Source: Squalus acanthias
Taxonomy: Eukaryota
Direction of reading: 5' to 3'
DNA: 64,000 nt
Assembly: GCA_030390025.1 (NCBI GenBank)
Contig: CM059433.1
Span: 23,190,001-23,254,000 of the forward strand
The notes below the pieces were generated by a model, which saw only the letters and a program-made list of their open reading frames with translations, was not told where the DNA came from and searched no databases. Positions 26,276 through 38,441 of this stretch are shown one piece after another. Position numbers and translations under genes: made by a program. Position 1 is the first letter of the stretch. Every line of letters starts with the position of its first letter.

Positions 26276-27805
26276 GGGGGAAAAATTGGTGATTGCCAGC
26301 AAAGCAGTCAGTGTCACTGCCAACTGCCGTTAACGGCCGCCCGAAATGGCCGCAGCGCTAACTGACCTAAATTGGTGTGGAGGGCATGGAGGTAGGTGGC
26401 GCAGCGCTAACCTTAGGCGCAACGCCGTCCTGCTGGCATTGCACGAGGGATCTGGAACCAATTTGTAGTCCTGGTGCGGCGTTGCTGCTTCCCCGAGCGT
26501 CTGTGTGCGAGGCTGTGAAGCTCACAATGCATTGTGGGCAGTGAGGAGCTCTGAAATTTAAAGGGGCCATGCACATTGAAGCAAGACAAAATAAAATGCA
26601 CTGATTCAATACATTTTTTAGCCCTTTCTGTCTTTTTACAAATATTCAAAATTTAAAAGAAGTTCCAAATGTGATTATACAGCTCTTAAAGCTGAATTAC
26701 CTTCCTAAACTGAATAAATGGGAAAACTGCCTCAGCACGAACACAAATGGCTCAGCAAGCCAGGGAAGGGGCACCGAGGGTCTTACACGCAGCACTCCAG
26801 CTTTGTGCAGGGGGGTCAACACTGCAAGACAGGCCCTCTACCCACAGGGGGCCCTCCAGAAAGAACAATGTGGGAGTACATTACCAAGGTCATCACTGCC
26901 AGCAGTGTCACCCCCACCACCTGGCTCCAGTACCCAAAGAAGCTTCATGACCTCAGACCACTGGTCAAGGTCAGTGAATGCATCTTCAAAAGTCGTCACC
27001 TGCCAACTGCACCACTAGCCTTACACACTGCTCAATGCAAGACCCCCAATCACTCACCTACCAACAATCTGCACCAATGATGAGGCACATCTACCATTCC
27101 TAGCTTCACCTCACTCCTTTGGAGGAGATGGTGCGGGCAGTTCTTGGCAGGGGCATGGCTGAGCCCTTGGCCAGAGCTGGGGCTGAAAGGACAAAAGATG
27201 CGGGTATCCTCGTATGTTATCCCCATTCTGGCATGCACCTCTAGGTTTCCCACCCTCCCGTCAGCACAACTCCACCCTTCTGTCTTCCTCATTTCACACA
27301 CCCAAGAAATGCAGCCTGCCCAGCCAGTGGGTCAACAAGAAGAGGTAGCCTGCCCAGCCACTGGGACCGCAGGCGGATGACACCATCCCGGATATCCCGG
27401 CCACAAAGGGGCTGTCTGGGATGCATCCTTCCGTCTGATTCCTCCTCTTCTGCGTCTTCCTCTTCTGAGTCTTCCTCTTCCCTCTGCAAGTGGATGCTGT
27501 AAATGTGAAATGACAACATAAGTTGCTGCAAATACTCAGTTGGTCAGGCAGCATGTCGACCTGAGATGTGAACTCCACGGATGCAGCGTGACCTGCTGAG
27601 TATTCGCAGCATGTTCTGTCTTCTCAAAGGTGTTCACTTACCATCCGAGCCCTTGCAATTTTTCTTAACCGGCAGCGCAAAGGGGCCCACGAGTATGGCG
27701 GCCGCTGCGGGGACCGCCTCCAGCTGGCGCAAGAGCCACCGCCACCATTGTTTTTGAGAATCGCTGGTGCTAACAGGTGGCGGTATGTATATGAATTTCT
27801 CACCC
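26276..27805. mobile_element. Harbinger deletion derivative with decayed Myb exon 1 (+, 26747-26969) and a probable transposase C-terminus (-, about 27365-27485)
   Basis: TIR gggggaaaaatt / aatttctcaccc; flanks tat/ttt; MAQQAREGAPR..MWEYI..WLQYPKKLHDL..VK|gtcagt; acidic tract plus GRDIRDGVIR on the minus strand. Confidence 0.75.
27484..27625. mobile_element. Short fold-back Penelope-like insertion (family B), degenerate
   Basis: gctgcaaatactcagttggtcaggcagcat / atgcagcgtgacctgctgagtattcgcagc inverted; homologous to 29920-29990. Confidence 0.7.
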
Positions 27806-28149
27806 TTTGCCTCTATTTATAAAGCCCAGGATTCAATATGCTTTATTAACTACTTTGTTAACCTGCCTGCCACCTTCAAAGATTTGTGCACGAAGAATTG
27901 CTGTGCTCACCATCTTTTGTACCATATCCTGTACAAATTCATGGTTTCCTTTACCTTCAGAAATCCAAAGCCCATGAGTGCCCTTAATTATTTGAAAGCC
28001 AAGTGAGCTGGTAGCTCTTGAAGCTGAAGGTTACTTTTAACCTGGAGGCCATCATCGGGGCTACCTATTCACTCATACTTAATGGTGAGTTTGATCAGAT
28101 GAATTGCCATTGGAATGGAAGACTTATTTCGAGGGAAGTAAAGGATAGT

Positions 28150-28604
28150 ATAGAAACATAGAAACATAGAAACTAGGAGCAGGAGTAGGCCATTCAGCCC
28201 GTCGAGCCTGCTCCACCATTCAATACGATCATGGCTGATCATCCAAATCCAGCACCCTGTCCCTGCTTTCTTACACAGAATCCCCATCGAGCCTGCACCG
28301 ACACACATCCCACCCTACCCCCGTAACCCCACGTATTTAATTCCCCCTAACATATCCCATCCTATCCCCGTAACCCCACATATTTAATCCCCCCCTAACA
28401 CTAAGGGTCAATTTATCATAGCCAAATCAACCTAACCCGCACATTTTTGGACTGTGGGAGGAAACCGGAGCACCCGGAGGAAACCCACGCAGACACGGGG
28501 AGAATGTGCAAACTCCACACAGACAGTCACCCGAGGCCAGATTCGAACCCGGGTCCCTGGCGCTGTGAGGCACCAGTGCTAACCACTATGCCACCGTGTT
28601 GCCC
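28150..28604 (-). mobile_element. HE1-type V-SINE
   Basis: Nearly identical to 25781-26219. Confidence 0.92.
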
Positions 28605-28840
28605 ACGGTGAACAACACTCTGTTCATAAAGCTGTAGGAGAAAGTAGATGTGTAAAAAAGGGTGGAACATGGGGAGCAAGTGGCACAGGTTTAATCATTA
28701 CTAATCTGACCAATCCTACCTTCAAAGAAAGGTGTGACAGGCACTTGCAATATCTGGGACAAAAGGACAACTGAATATATTAAGATTTTGAATGTGTTAG
28801 TGCAGCATTCCACAGCTGCAGCAGCACATCAAACAATATT

Positions 28841-29606
28841 GGGCCAGAAATTAGGCACTTGCTGGGTGAGTACGCGCTGTGTACTCACCCGTAAGGCCTC
28901 CTGAAGTGCCGGTTTCCTGCATGCACTGCGCATGCGCGGGAAACCGGAACTTCCGGTCTCGTGAAGGGAGGGGTTCAGAGGTGAACCGCGTGCGTGGGAG
29001 AGGCTGCGCGCACGCAGCGAACTTCGTTTTTTTTTCAGGTTTCTCCGGGAGGGTAAGTATGGAAGAAGCTGCGCTTTTAAAAAGGAGGCGCAAGACCCGT
29101 TTTTAACAAGGTAAGTGGTTAATTAATTACACTTTAAAAAAAATTTCAACAGGTTTATCTTTCTTAGATACTTTAAAGAAAGGTAAGTTTATTTTTAGCA
29201 CCGTTAAAAAGTATTTTAATTTTTTCAAAAATTTAAATTTTTGTTTAAAGTAGTTAATTTATTTAACTTATAGTTATTTTAAAAATGTGATGGTTTTAAA
29301 AAAAATGTATTTGAAGTTTAGGTGTTGTTTTGGGGCCGATTTCAATTCATAGATTTGACAGGTCTTCCTGTCAAATCTATGAATGAAAGATGGTCTGCTG
29401 CCATTGGCTCTCCATGGCCCATGTGATCCCAGGGGACGCATCGCACTAACTACGCCCCTGGGATACACAAGCACTGCGCGCCGGCAGCTGCAGGAGGCCC
29501 AGGAGCTGAAGTCCCCGTGGGCCCAGAGGTCAACAGCAGGCGCGGTAGGTAGGTGCGCGCGCGATCCTTGCACCCGCAGGAAGCCAGGGAGCCTAATTTC
29601 TGGGCC
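28841..29606. mobile_element. Harbinger-type MITE with AT-rich centre
   Basis: 16-bp TIR gggccagaaattaggc / gcctaatttctgggcc (1 mismatch); CpG-rich subterminal arms. Confidence 0.85.
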
Positions 29607-29969
29607 AATATGTATTTGCAAACATTCAGACCTTATGTAAGTCATGACAACAAGCACAGGACGCAGTCAGGGGGATGAAGGGGAGCAGGGGCTGCCGCAA
29701 TGCTTGCTGTACTGTCACATGCCCAACTATATCAGCCGAAGACAAAAAAATATTTTGTTTCTCTCCAGCTTTGCCGAGTGTAATCAATCGCCCTTTCATT
29801 TGTAACTGCCCCCGCCCCCTCCACTGTCTTAGCAATGCTGGGTGCCAGAGATGCAACAGCATTCTGAATGCCCAAAGAGCTGTAAGCAGCAGTGATTATT
29901 ATAAAATAAAGAACAGGAGATGCTGGAAATATTCAGCAGGTCAGGCAGCATCTGTGGAGAGAGAAACAA

Positions 29970-30006
29970 AGTTAACGTTTCAGGTCGATGACCCTTCGTC
30001 AGAACT
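29970..30006 (-). ncRNA. Minimal type I hammerhead ribozyme motif (Penelope family B)
   Basis: Minus strand AGUU-CUGACGA-A-GGGUC-AUC-GACCU-GAAA-CG-UU-AACU: both core boxes, stem I, stem II, palindromic AACGUU stem III. Confidence 0.8.
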
Positions 30007-30337
30007 GGAAAACGTTTGAGATGTAACAGGTTTTAAGCAAGTACAGAGGCAGGGAAAGTGGAGATGGGAGGAAAGAACAAGAGAAGATTTGTGATAGGGT
30101 GGAGGGCAGGAGAGATTAAATGACAAAAGGGATGATGGTGCAAGGTGAAAGGTGATGGTAATGGGACAAGTAAAGAAACAAAAGATGAATCTAGAGGAGG
30201 TGTAAATGGGAATATCAGAATCATCAGCAACAGCTGCTGTCTGAAAAAAAGGGGGCAGAGGTTATGTTCTAAATTATTGAACTCAATGTTGAGTCTGGGA
30301 GGCTGTAAAGTACTTAATCGAAAGATGAGGTGCTGTT

Positions 30338-31492
30338 GAACAACAACAATAACTTGTATTTATATAGCGCCTTTAACATAGTAAAACGTCCCAAGGCGCT
30401 TCACAGGAGTATTAAAAGACAAAAAATTTGACACCGAGCCTCATAAGGAGAAATTAGGGCAGGTGATCAAAAGCTTGGTCAAAGAGGTAGGATTTAAGGA
30501 GCGTCTTAAAGGAGGAAAGAGCGGTAGCGAGGCGGACAGGTTTAGGCAGGGAATTCCAGAGCTCAGGGCCTTGGCAACAGAAGGCACGGCCACCAAAGGT
30601 TGAGCGATTATAATCAGGGATGCACAAGAGGGCAGAATTAGAGGAGCGCAGATATCTCGGGGGGTTGAAGGAGATTACAGAGATAGGGAGGGGCGAGGCC
30701 ATGGAGGGATTTGAAAACAAGGATGAGAATTTTGAAATCGAGGCGTTGCTTAACCAGGAGCCAATGCAGGCCAGCCACCACAGGGGTGATGGGTGAACGG
30801 GACTTGGTGCGAGTTAGGACACGGGCAGCAGAGTTTTGGATGACCTCAAGTTTACGTAGGATAAAATGTGGGAGGCCAGCCAGGAGTGCGTTGGAACAAT
30901 CAAGTCTAGAGGCAACAAAGGCATGGATGAGGGTTTCACCAGCGGATGAGCCGAGGCAAGGGCGGAGACGGGCGATGTTACGGAGGTGGAAATAGGCGGT
31001 CTTTGTTATGCCACGGATATGTGGTCAGAAGCTCATTTCAGGGTCAAATATGACACCAAGGTTGCAAACAGAGTGGTTCAGCCTCAGACAGATGTTAGGG
31101 AGAAGGATAGAGTCAGTGGCTCGGGAACGGAGTTTGTGGCGGGGACCGAAAACAATGGCTTCGGTCTTCCAAATATTTAATGAGAAAATTTCTGCTCATC
31201 CAGAACTGGATGTCGGACAAGCAGTCTGACAATTTAGAGAGACCGTAGAGGGGTCGAGAGAAGTGGTGGTGAGGTAGAGCTGGATGTCGTTAGTGTACAT
31301 GTGGAAACTGATGCTGTGTTTTTGGATGATGATGCCAAGGGACAGCATGTAGATGAGAAATAGGAGGGGGCCAAGGATAGATCCTTGGGGGACACCAGAG
31401 GTAACGATGCTGGAGTGGGAAGAGAAGCCGTTGCAGGTGATTCTCTGGCTATGATTTGATAGATAAGAATGGAACCAGGTGAGTGCAGTCCA
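30338..31492 (-). mobile_element. L2 LINE 3' portion
   Basis: GVPQGSILGPLLF, FHMYTNDIQLY, GGRAFCCQGPELWNSLP, FKTLLKSYLFDQAF; (ttg)n tail. Confidence 0.92.
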
Positions 31493-31689
31493 GTTCCTCG
31501 AGCTTCATTAGAACAGTGTAGGAGGCCAAGGACAGAGAGGTCAGTGCGGGAGTGGGGCAGAGAATTAGTTCTGCAGTTGGACTCCACTACTTTCCTTCAG
31601 ACATATTAATCATCACAGAAATGCCATCCCTGTGTGATTTTGCTGCGTATCGCTTGTGTTTTGTTTAGTTTTCATACTATTTAGCATAA

Positions 31690-32297
31690 GTGGGGTCAGT
31701 TGCCATTTGCATGCTGATTACACTCTCCACTTCAACTCATCACCTTGTCTCTATGACAGCCCCTGTGTTGTCAGAATCCCTGTCCAACATCAAGTTGTGG
31801 ATGAACCACAGTTTCCTCCAAGACTGAAGCTTTCTTATTTGACTGCCACAAAAATTCTGTACCCTTGCTCCAATTGCCTTCCCAAGAGCTGATTGAGGTC
31901 AAACTAGATCTTACAAACTGCTTGACCCCTGTGCTAAGCTTCAACCCTCAAATCATATCCATGACTAAGACTGCTTACTTCCATCAGTGCAATATCAACC
32001 ACCTCAGCACTTATCTCTCCCCATTGCCACTGAGATGCTTAACCACACTTTTGTTATCTCCAGACTTGACTTCTCCAATGTCCTCGCTGTAAACTTCCCA
32101 AGTTCCAACCTACACAGACTACAACACGTCCAAATCTCCAGTGCCCACACCCTATCCTATACGAACAAACACTCATCCATACCCTAGTTCTCACTGACCT
32201 CCATTGGCCCCCAGTCCCCAATGCATCCAATTCAAAATCCTCATTCCCATTTACAAACCGTTCCATGGCCCCATTCTACCATACCTCTGCAACATTC
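31690..32297 (+). mobile_element. Old degenerate L2 fragment
   Basis: CHLHADYTL, TKTAYFH, FVISRLDFSN, IQFKILIPIYKPFHG motifs in shifting frames. Confidence 0.75.
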
Positions 32298-33474
32298 TGT
32301 TTGTGATAATAGTGTACAGACACTTAACAAATTTATATAACATTTCTCTGTCTGCTATTTTAATGAAGGCATTAGTCAATGTAATTTTATTGGGTAAGCA
32401 CTGCTGTGTCTATATTGAAAACAGTAATTTCAGTTATTTTATTTTCTGCATAGTGCAATGCTGGTAGGAGTTAGCAACAGTGAATTAATGTTATTAAGTC
32501 TCTCAGTGATAATGGTGTCTATGTCTAGTATGATTTGCTGATGCTTTTATGCCTTGTGTGTCATGAACTTCTTAGTGCTGGTTATGTCTGTCCCCTGCTA
32601 TTAAGTGTTCCTTTAAATGAAGAAATAGCACTGATAGATAACTGTATTTGCAGCTAACCCTGTCGGATTTGCATCAGTACCGGGGGCTCTGGCGATGAAG
32701 CAGCAGTGGGCCCAGTGCTTTTTTTGTATTGGTTCATGGGATGTGGGCATCGCTGGCAAGGCCAGCATTTATTGCCCACCCCATTGCTGAGATGGCTCCT
32801 GCTGCCACTTCGGAAAGCTACACCATGTCACAAAATCATCAGCAACAGTGGTGGCAATTAGCTGCACACGTACTGCTATTTATATGCCACTGGTAGAGGG
32901 CATTGAACGATGTCTGATCTGTGTAAATGTGAATCTATGAGGTTCCAGGATTGCTCCCTGATGCCTTTAATTGTTTGCCAAATGATTTGAAGCCGGCCTG
33001 AGTGCATTTGGAAGTTTGAATCCATAGCAGCAGTGTGAGCAGAGTTAATGCTGCTGTGCCTGTGGCCTGCTTTCGAGCTCAACACAGCAGATGCACTAGA
33101 CTTGTCATGTATTAGTGGCAGGCTAAAATGCAGACAACTATTTGTCAAGGGTATCTGGTCCACTTGAATCCTCTGTTCTGGCTGAACCCACTTTACACAC
33201 GAGTGACTGTATCTGAGCTAGCTGGCTTAGCTCTTATCTTCCTTTGATCTCACACAACTTTTACAGTTATTTGACACACTTTTCTCTGCTGTAACTGGCT
33301 GGCATAGCCGTATAATCTGATTTATATAACCTCTTACTCTCGTCCTTGGATATACTTTGTACTTATAAAGGTCCCCTTCTACCTCTGCTAGGTAAAGATT
33401 ACCACAGAAGAAGACAAGACAAAGAGAATCTTCTTCTAACCAACAAAGAGAACCTATGTCTAATGAAGATAAAA

Positions 33475-34195
33475 AGGATAGAAATTGGTTAGTGCCTGAC
33501 TACGGGCACGAAATAGACGGTGCAACTTCTGCGTGCCCAAAGAGATTGGTACAAGGATCTCCCAAAATAGGTCCTTAGCCCTCATCTAAATAATCGTGCC
33601 AGGGCCTTCACACCTCCAGAAGGAGCTTGCTATTCCCCATAGGACCAATTTTGGGAGTCTGCATTGTGAGCCAACTAAAACAGGTGTTAGGTCCCTCATT
33701 AACATATGCATGGAGTCGAACGCCTGTTTTAGGACCCTTTCCCGAAATTGGAGGCTGGCTGCATTCAGGATAATCAGGTGGCCTAACCAAGGCTCTTTAA
33801 AGGGACTGCTGGAGGACGCCACCGAAAAGGTAAGTTGCTTAAATAATTCTTACCTGAATGTGGAGACAGGCAGAGCATTCCTGCTCCATAAGCCTCCACA
33901 GCCATCCCAAAGACAATTGCTGGTATCCACTCGGCAACCTCTTGATCGCCTCATTCGTTGACCCCCCCCCACTTCCAGGCCCTACCTGAGGGACGTCGTA
34001 GTGGCCCAAAACTGGTGTCCGCTTCGCCGGCGAGTGGCCTGGGGGCGCACAGCAAGCATCTGCAGCTCGCCGGTCTGATATAAATGAGACCCAAGGCCTA
34101 ATTTTGACCAGGCCTCGGGTCTATGTGTTCCAGCACTTGGATCATTCCATGTGCCCAGGTTGTGCTAGCAAGCCGGCGCTCTCCAATTTCAACCT
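33475..34195. mobile_element. Harbinger-type MITE
   Basis: Ends aggatagaaattgg / ccaatttcaacct; internal tttaaaggg motif. Confidence 0.6.
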
Positions 34196-34304
34196 GCCTT
34201 TTTGTCTCATTGTGAGAAAGGTCATTCTCTCTCTGCAATGCCATAAGCAACAGCTGCATGCTGCAGCTGAAAAATAAACTGCACTCACACATCTTTGGCT
34301 GACG

Positions 34305-34742
34305 AGTAGGTTGGGCCTCTACTCATTGGAATACAGAAGAATGAGAGGCGATCTTATCGAAACATATAAGATTGTGAGGGGCTTGATCGGGTGGAGGCGG
34401 GGAGGATGTTTCCACTGATGGGTGAGACTAGAACTAGGGGGCATAATCTTAGAATAAGGGGCTGCCGTTTCAAAACTGAGATGAGGAGAAACTTCTTCAC
34501 TCAGAGGGTAGTAAATCTATGGAATTTGCTACCTCAGAGAGCTGTGGAAGCTGCGACATTAAATAAATTTAAAACGGAGATGGACAGTTTCCTAGCTGAT
34601 AAGGGATTTAAGGGTTATGGGGAGCGGGCAGGGAAGTGGACGTGAGTCTAGGTTCGGATCAGCCATGATCCTATTGAATGGCGGAGCAGACCCGAGGGGC
34701 CGTATGGCCTACTCCTGCTCCTACTTCTTATGTTCTTATGTT
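34305..34742 (+). mobile_element. CR1 3' end
   Basis: RMRGDLIETYKI..TRTRGHNLRIRG..RRNFFTQRVVNLWN; tail cttcttatgttcttatgtt. Confidence 0.92.
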
Positions 34743-36658
34743 ATAAGTGTGAATTTTACTTTATACATCTTATAACCACTACTACTACTCCTTACCACTG
34801 TGTCTATCTACTCCTTGTGCCTAAAATCTTGCTAACTCTTGCTGTAAACCTGTGCCCTGAGTGACGAGAGTTGGAGAGTTAGGTGGCTGGCACAATTTCT
34901 GCTGGAGCCTTCAAGGTTTAAGGAGCCACCCATCTCTGTCAACACTGCTGTCCTTGAAGGACCCGCCTCCGATGCATCTCTTTTGCGCTTGCAAGGTTTA
35001 CCAGGCCCTGTGCTGGTATCAGAGGGGGCCGAAAAGATGGTTCATCAGCATCACTATCCTAAGAGACAGTGACATCCTGAGTTACCACTCCTAGTAGGCC
35101 ACTGGTACAAAGCATAGGCTTTTTGGGGCTAATGGTTGGCCGGAACAATAGTCCAAACAGACCCAAGTCCTGGAAACCTTGAGAAATGGTGTTAAGACTG
35201 TCTTACAAGGCCTCTATGGAAGCAATCGTAGCCTACGATGGGTTATTTATTGGATTCTTTCTTGTTGGTCACAGTACACACAAGCTTAAAAGTAAGTCCC
35301 ATTAGTTGCTTCATTAAGCTGCAGAGAATATGGTTTGATATGCCAAAGACATCAATAGGTTGTTTCTGTGAAGCAAAAAGTGGTTTAATATGCTAATATC
35401 TGTTGAATGTCGATCCATTAATGTTCCAGCAGTGTCCCTGTCAACTATCTGGATAAATTACAATTACAGATTTTGAGCTTTAAAGTAAGCTAGAGGTTAC
35501 TTAACCGGCAAATATTCTTGGGTGTTTAGAAACCTGTGAAATAACTGATCACCTCAATGTAGTTGTGAGAAATTCAGATTTAATGCCCTTTGTTCACAAT
35601 TTCTACAAAGGAAGTTTGGAGTTACATCTTGGACAATTGCACTAAAACAGCAGCCAGTCTGAGGCCATTAGTGGTAGAAGGCAAATAGACACTCTGTGAT
35701 AGTGGATAGTCATGTAAGAAGTAATTATACTAGGGTAGATTTTCCTCTTCTCTGTGCCTGGGAAATATCAATGGTCTATTACATCAGGTCTCTGCCCCCA
35801 TCGTCATTCCTCAGGATATTATGGGGTTTTATCACAGTATGTCACTAGGCCTGCACCTTTAGTAGGCACAGGTCTAGTGTTATCTTGTAAGTGAGGTGGG
35901 ACTGGGGTGAACCCTGCCTCTTGCCTCAGTTTGCTGGTCGTCTGTCCATTGGGCACCCCATTGTAGGGGTTCTTATAAAACCTGGCGCAAAGGCCATCCC
36001 CAGGCTCCCTATGGTCTGAGGGGCTCCTGGAGGCAGGGTGACGATGACACAGGCAGAGGTGCTTTCTCACCTCACCCCCCAACCCCCAATAACCTGAGAG
36101 CCTCAGGCCAAGTGCGCAACTGCATTCCTTTTCCTTGCCTGATTTTTAGGTTCATGGCTCATGCCTGGGGAAGGCACCTGGAATTACGCCTGGGATATGC
36201 AAATGGACATAGGGAGGAAGAATGTAGGCAGCTGCTTCCTCATGGGTGCCCATACAGCAGAATCTACTCAATATTTTGTACTGAATATTGTTCATTTACT
36301 TGTTTAATGTTTAATAAACTTGCCCAGTGATGTATAGTCTGAACCAAGATTTGATAGAGTGCATATTCTTACACCTAATTTCACATTAAGGAGGTCACAA
36401 GGCAGCACGTGATATATTCCAGTAAGCCAGAGTACAACGACAAGAGTTTTCCGTTCGATCGTTGGATTTAGCTAGATATTGGACAGGTAAAAGTCCAAGC
36501 TGGTTTGTAGAACGTGCAAGGTCAACTGAACAGGATTGTTCAATGATGTTGAATCCAAGGAAAGCCCCAAAATGTCACAACTAATAAGCAGTCTCCCCTT
36601 CAAGGAACAGGAATCACCATAGCTAAATCAGTCAGCCTTACCGTACTTGTTTGATAAA

Positions 36659-36846
36659 AGCCATGATGTGGAGATGCCGGTGTTGGACTGGGGTCGACAA
36701 ATGTGAGAAGTCGCACAACACCAGGTTATAGTCCAACAGCTTTATTTGAAATCACACTTCAAGCTTTCGGAGCGCTGCTCCCTCGTCAGGTGTGATTTCA
36801 AATAAAGCTGTTGGACTATAACCTGGTGTTGTGCGACTTCTCACAT
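36659..36846. mobile_element. Short fold-back Penelope-like insertion (family A) with hammerhead motif
   Basis: Tail, then inverted arms aatgtgagaag..atttgaaatcac / gtgatttcaaat..cttctcacatt; ttgtttgataaa duplicated at 36647-36658 / 36847-36858; minus strand CUGACGA-GGGAGC-AGC-GCUCC-GAAAGCUU. Confidence 0.88.
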
Positions 36847-37230
36847 TTGTTTGATAAAGTCACTGAGTATCAGCAGCCCAAGTCAGGCATTGAATTGCAT
36901 TATGGGACAAGGACCTTGTTAACTTTTTTGTGAGAACTTAATGGGCCTGGAGCATGACTGGTGTGCATAATCACCCCCGGAAACAACATTTTAATTTGAT
37001 TTGTTAAGGTTCCTTTTTATTTGTTTGAAGTTACAGCCCTTATCGTTTGTGCCCCTTTAAAAAGGGGGCACATGGTTGACTTTTAATAGGCAGTTGCCTA
37101 TGATAAAGAAAGAGTGAGCCTGGAGCATGCCTGATGTGTAAATCCTCAGCACGCCAGGCACTTAACACTATTATTCCAAAAATGAGAAGTCGCACAACAC
37201 CAGGTTATAGTTCAATAGTTTTATTTGAAA

Positions 37231-37267
37231 TCACAAGCTTTCGGAGCGCTGCTCCTTCATCAGGTGA
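37231..37267 (-). ncRNA. Minimal hammerhead ribozyme motif (left arm)
   Basis: Minus strand UCAC-CUGAUGA-A-GGAGC-AGC-GCUCC-GAAA-GC-UU-GUGA. Confidence 0.8.
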
Positions 37268-37586
37268 AGTGAAGGAATACAAATCAGCAAAGCATATATA
37301 GACAGAGAACAATGCTTGTGTAGCGTACAATGTCAGACGACTACAGTAAATCTTTCTGACTGCCCTCCATCACACCTCGGCAGAGAGACAATCAGGCCAG
37401 TCAGGAAGGCATTACATCAAAGACACAGCAAAATACAGCTAAGACAATGAGGTGGGGTCACAGGGGGTCCAACGTGTCAAATGCTGCAGTCTGTATGGAA
37501 AACCATAAACTTTAAGCTTTTTACTTTTTTTTAAACTGGAAATCACATCTGTGAACAAGCCAACGACGACTCGAGTCTGGATGACT

Positions 37587-37838
37587 CTACGTCATGTAGC
37601 GTGACATAAATCCAAGATCCCGGTTGAGGCCGTCCTCATGGGTGCGGCACTTGGCTATCAGTTTCTGCTCGATGATTTTGCGTTGTCGTGTGTCTCGAAG
37701 GCCGCCTTGGAGAATGCTTACCCGCAGATCCGAGGCTGAATGTCCTTGACTGCTGAAGTGTTCCCCGACTGGGAGGTAACAATCTTGCCTGGCGATTGTT
37801 GCGCGGTGTCCGTTCATACGTTGTCGCAGTGTCTGCAT
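37587..37838 (-). pseudogene. Penelope GIY-YIG endonuclease C-terminal fragment
   Basis: MQTLRQRMNGH..PVGEHF..H..DL.V..E.KLI..T..GLN. Confidence 0.88.
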
Positions 37839-37847
37839 GGGCAATGT

Positions 37848-38086
37848 GACAATGTATGAACGGACACCGCGCAACAATTGCCAGGCAGGATTGTTACCTC
37901 CCAGTCGGGGAACACTTCAGCAGTCAAGGACATTCAGCCTCGGATCTGCGGGTAAGTGTTCTCCAAGGCGGCCTTCGAGACACACGACAACGCAAAATCA
38001 TCGAGCAGAAACTGATAGCCAAGTTCCGCACCCATGAGGACGGCCTCAACCGGGATCTTGGATTCATGTCACGCTACATGACATAG
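37848..38086 (+). pseudogene. Penelope GIY-YIG endonuclease C-terminal fragment (mirror copy)
   Basis: MNGHRATIARQD..PVGEHF..EQKLIAKFRTHEDGLNRD. Confidence 0.88.
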
Positions 38087-38404
38087 AGTCATCCAGACTT
38101 GAGTCGTCGTTGGCTTGTTCACAGATGTGATTTCCAGTTTAAAAAAAGTAAAAAGCTTAAAGTTTATTGTTTTCCATACAGACGGCAGCATTTGACACGT
38201 TGGACCCCCTGTGACCCCACCTCATTGTCTTAGCTGTATTTTGCTGTGTCTTTGATATAATGACTTCCTGACTGACCTGATTGTCTCTCTGCCGAGGTGT
38301 GATGGAGGGCAGTCAGAAAGATTTACTGCAGTCGTCTGACATTGTACGCTACACAGGCATTGTTCTCTGTCTATATATGCTTTGCTGATTTGTATTCCTT
38401 CACT

Positions 38405-38441
38405 TCACCTGACGAAGGAGCAGCGCTCCGAAAGCTTGTGA
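38405..38441 (+). ncRNA. Minimal hammerhead ribozyme motif (right arm)
   Basis: UCAC-CUGACGA-A-GGAGC-AGC-GCUCC-GAAA-GC-UU-GUGA; palindromic AAGCUU stem III; predicted cut after 38437; aataaa follows at 38447. Confidence 0.82.

Larger units (their letters stand above)
25228..27895 (-). mobile_element. CR1 3' portion split by an HE1 SINE and a Harbinger derivative (pieces 25228-25780, 26220-26275, 27806-27895)
   Basis: Rejoined pieces read ILGFINRG(I)EYKSQKVMLNLYKTLVCPQLEYCVQFWAPHFRKD..LEKLGLFSLEQRRLRGDLIEVF; (catagaat)n tail. Confidence 0.88.
29903..31570 (-). mobile_element. Penelope-like element 3' part (family B), split by L2 (pieces 29903-30337 and 31493-31570)
   Basis: Minus strand NSLPHSRTDLSVLGLLHCSNEA..EE|QHLIFRLSTLQPPRLNIEFNN is a GIY-YIG C-terminus, followed by a pyrimidine-rich UTR and a hammerhead motif. 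Confidence 0.85.
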
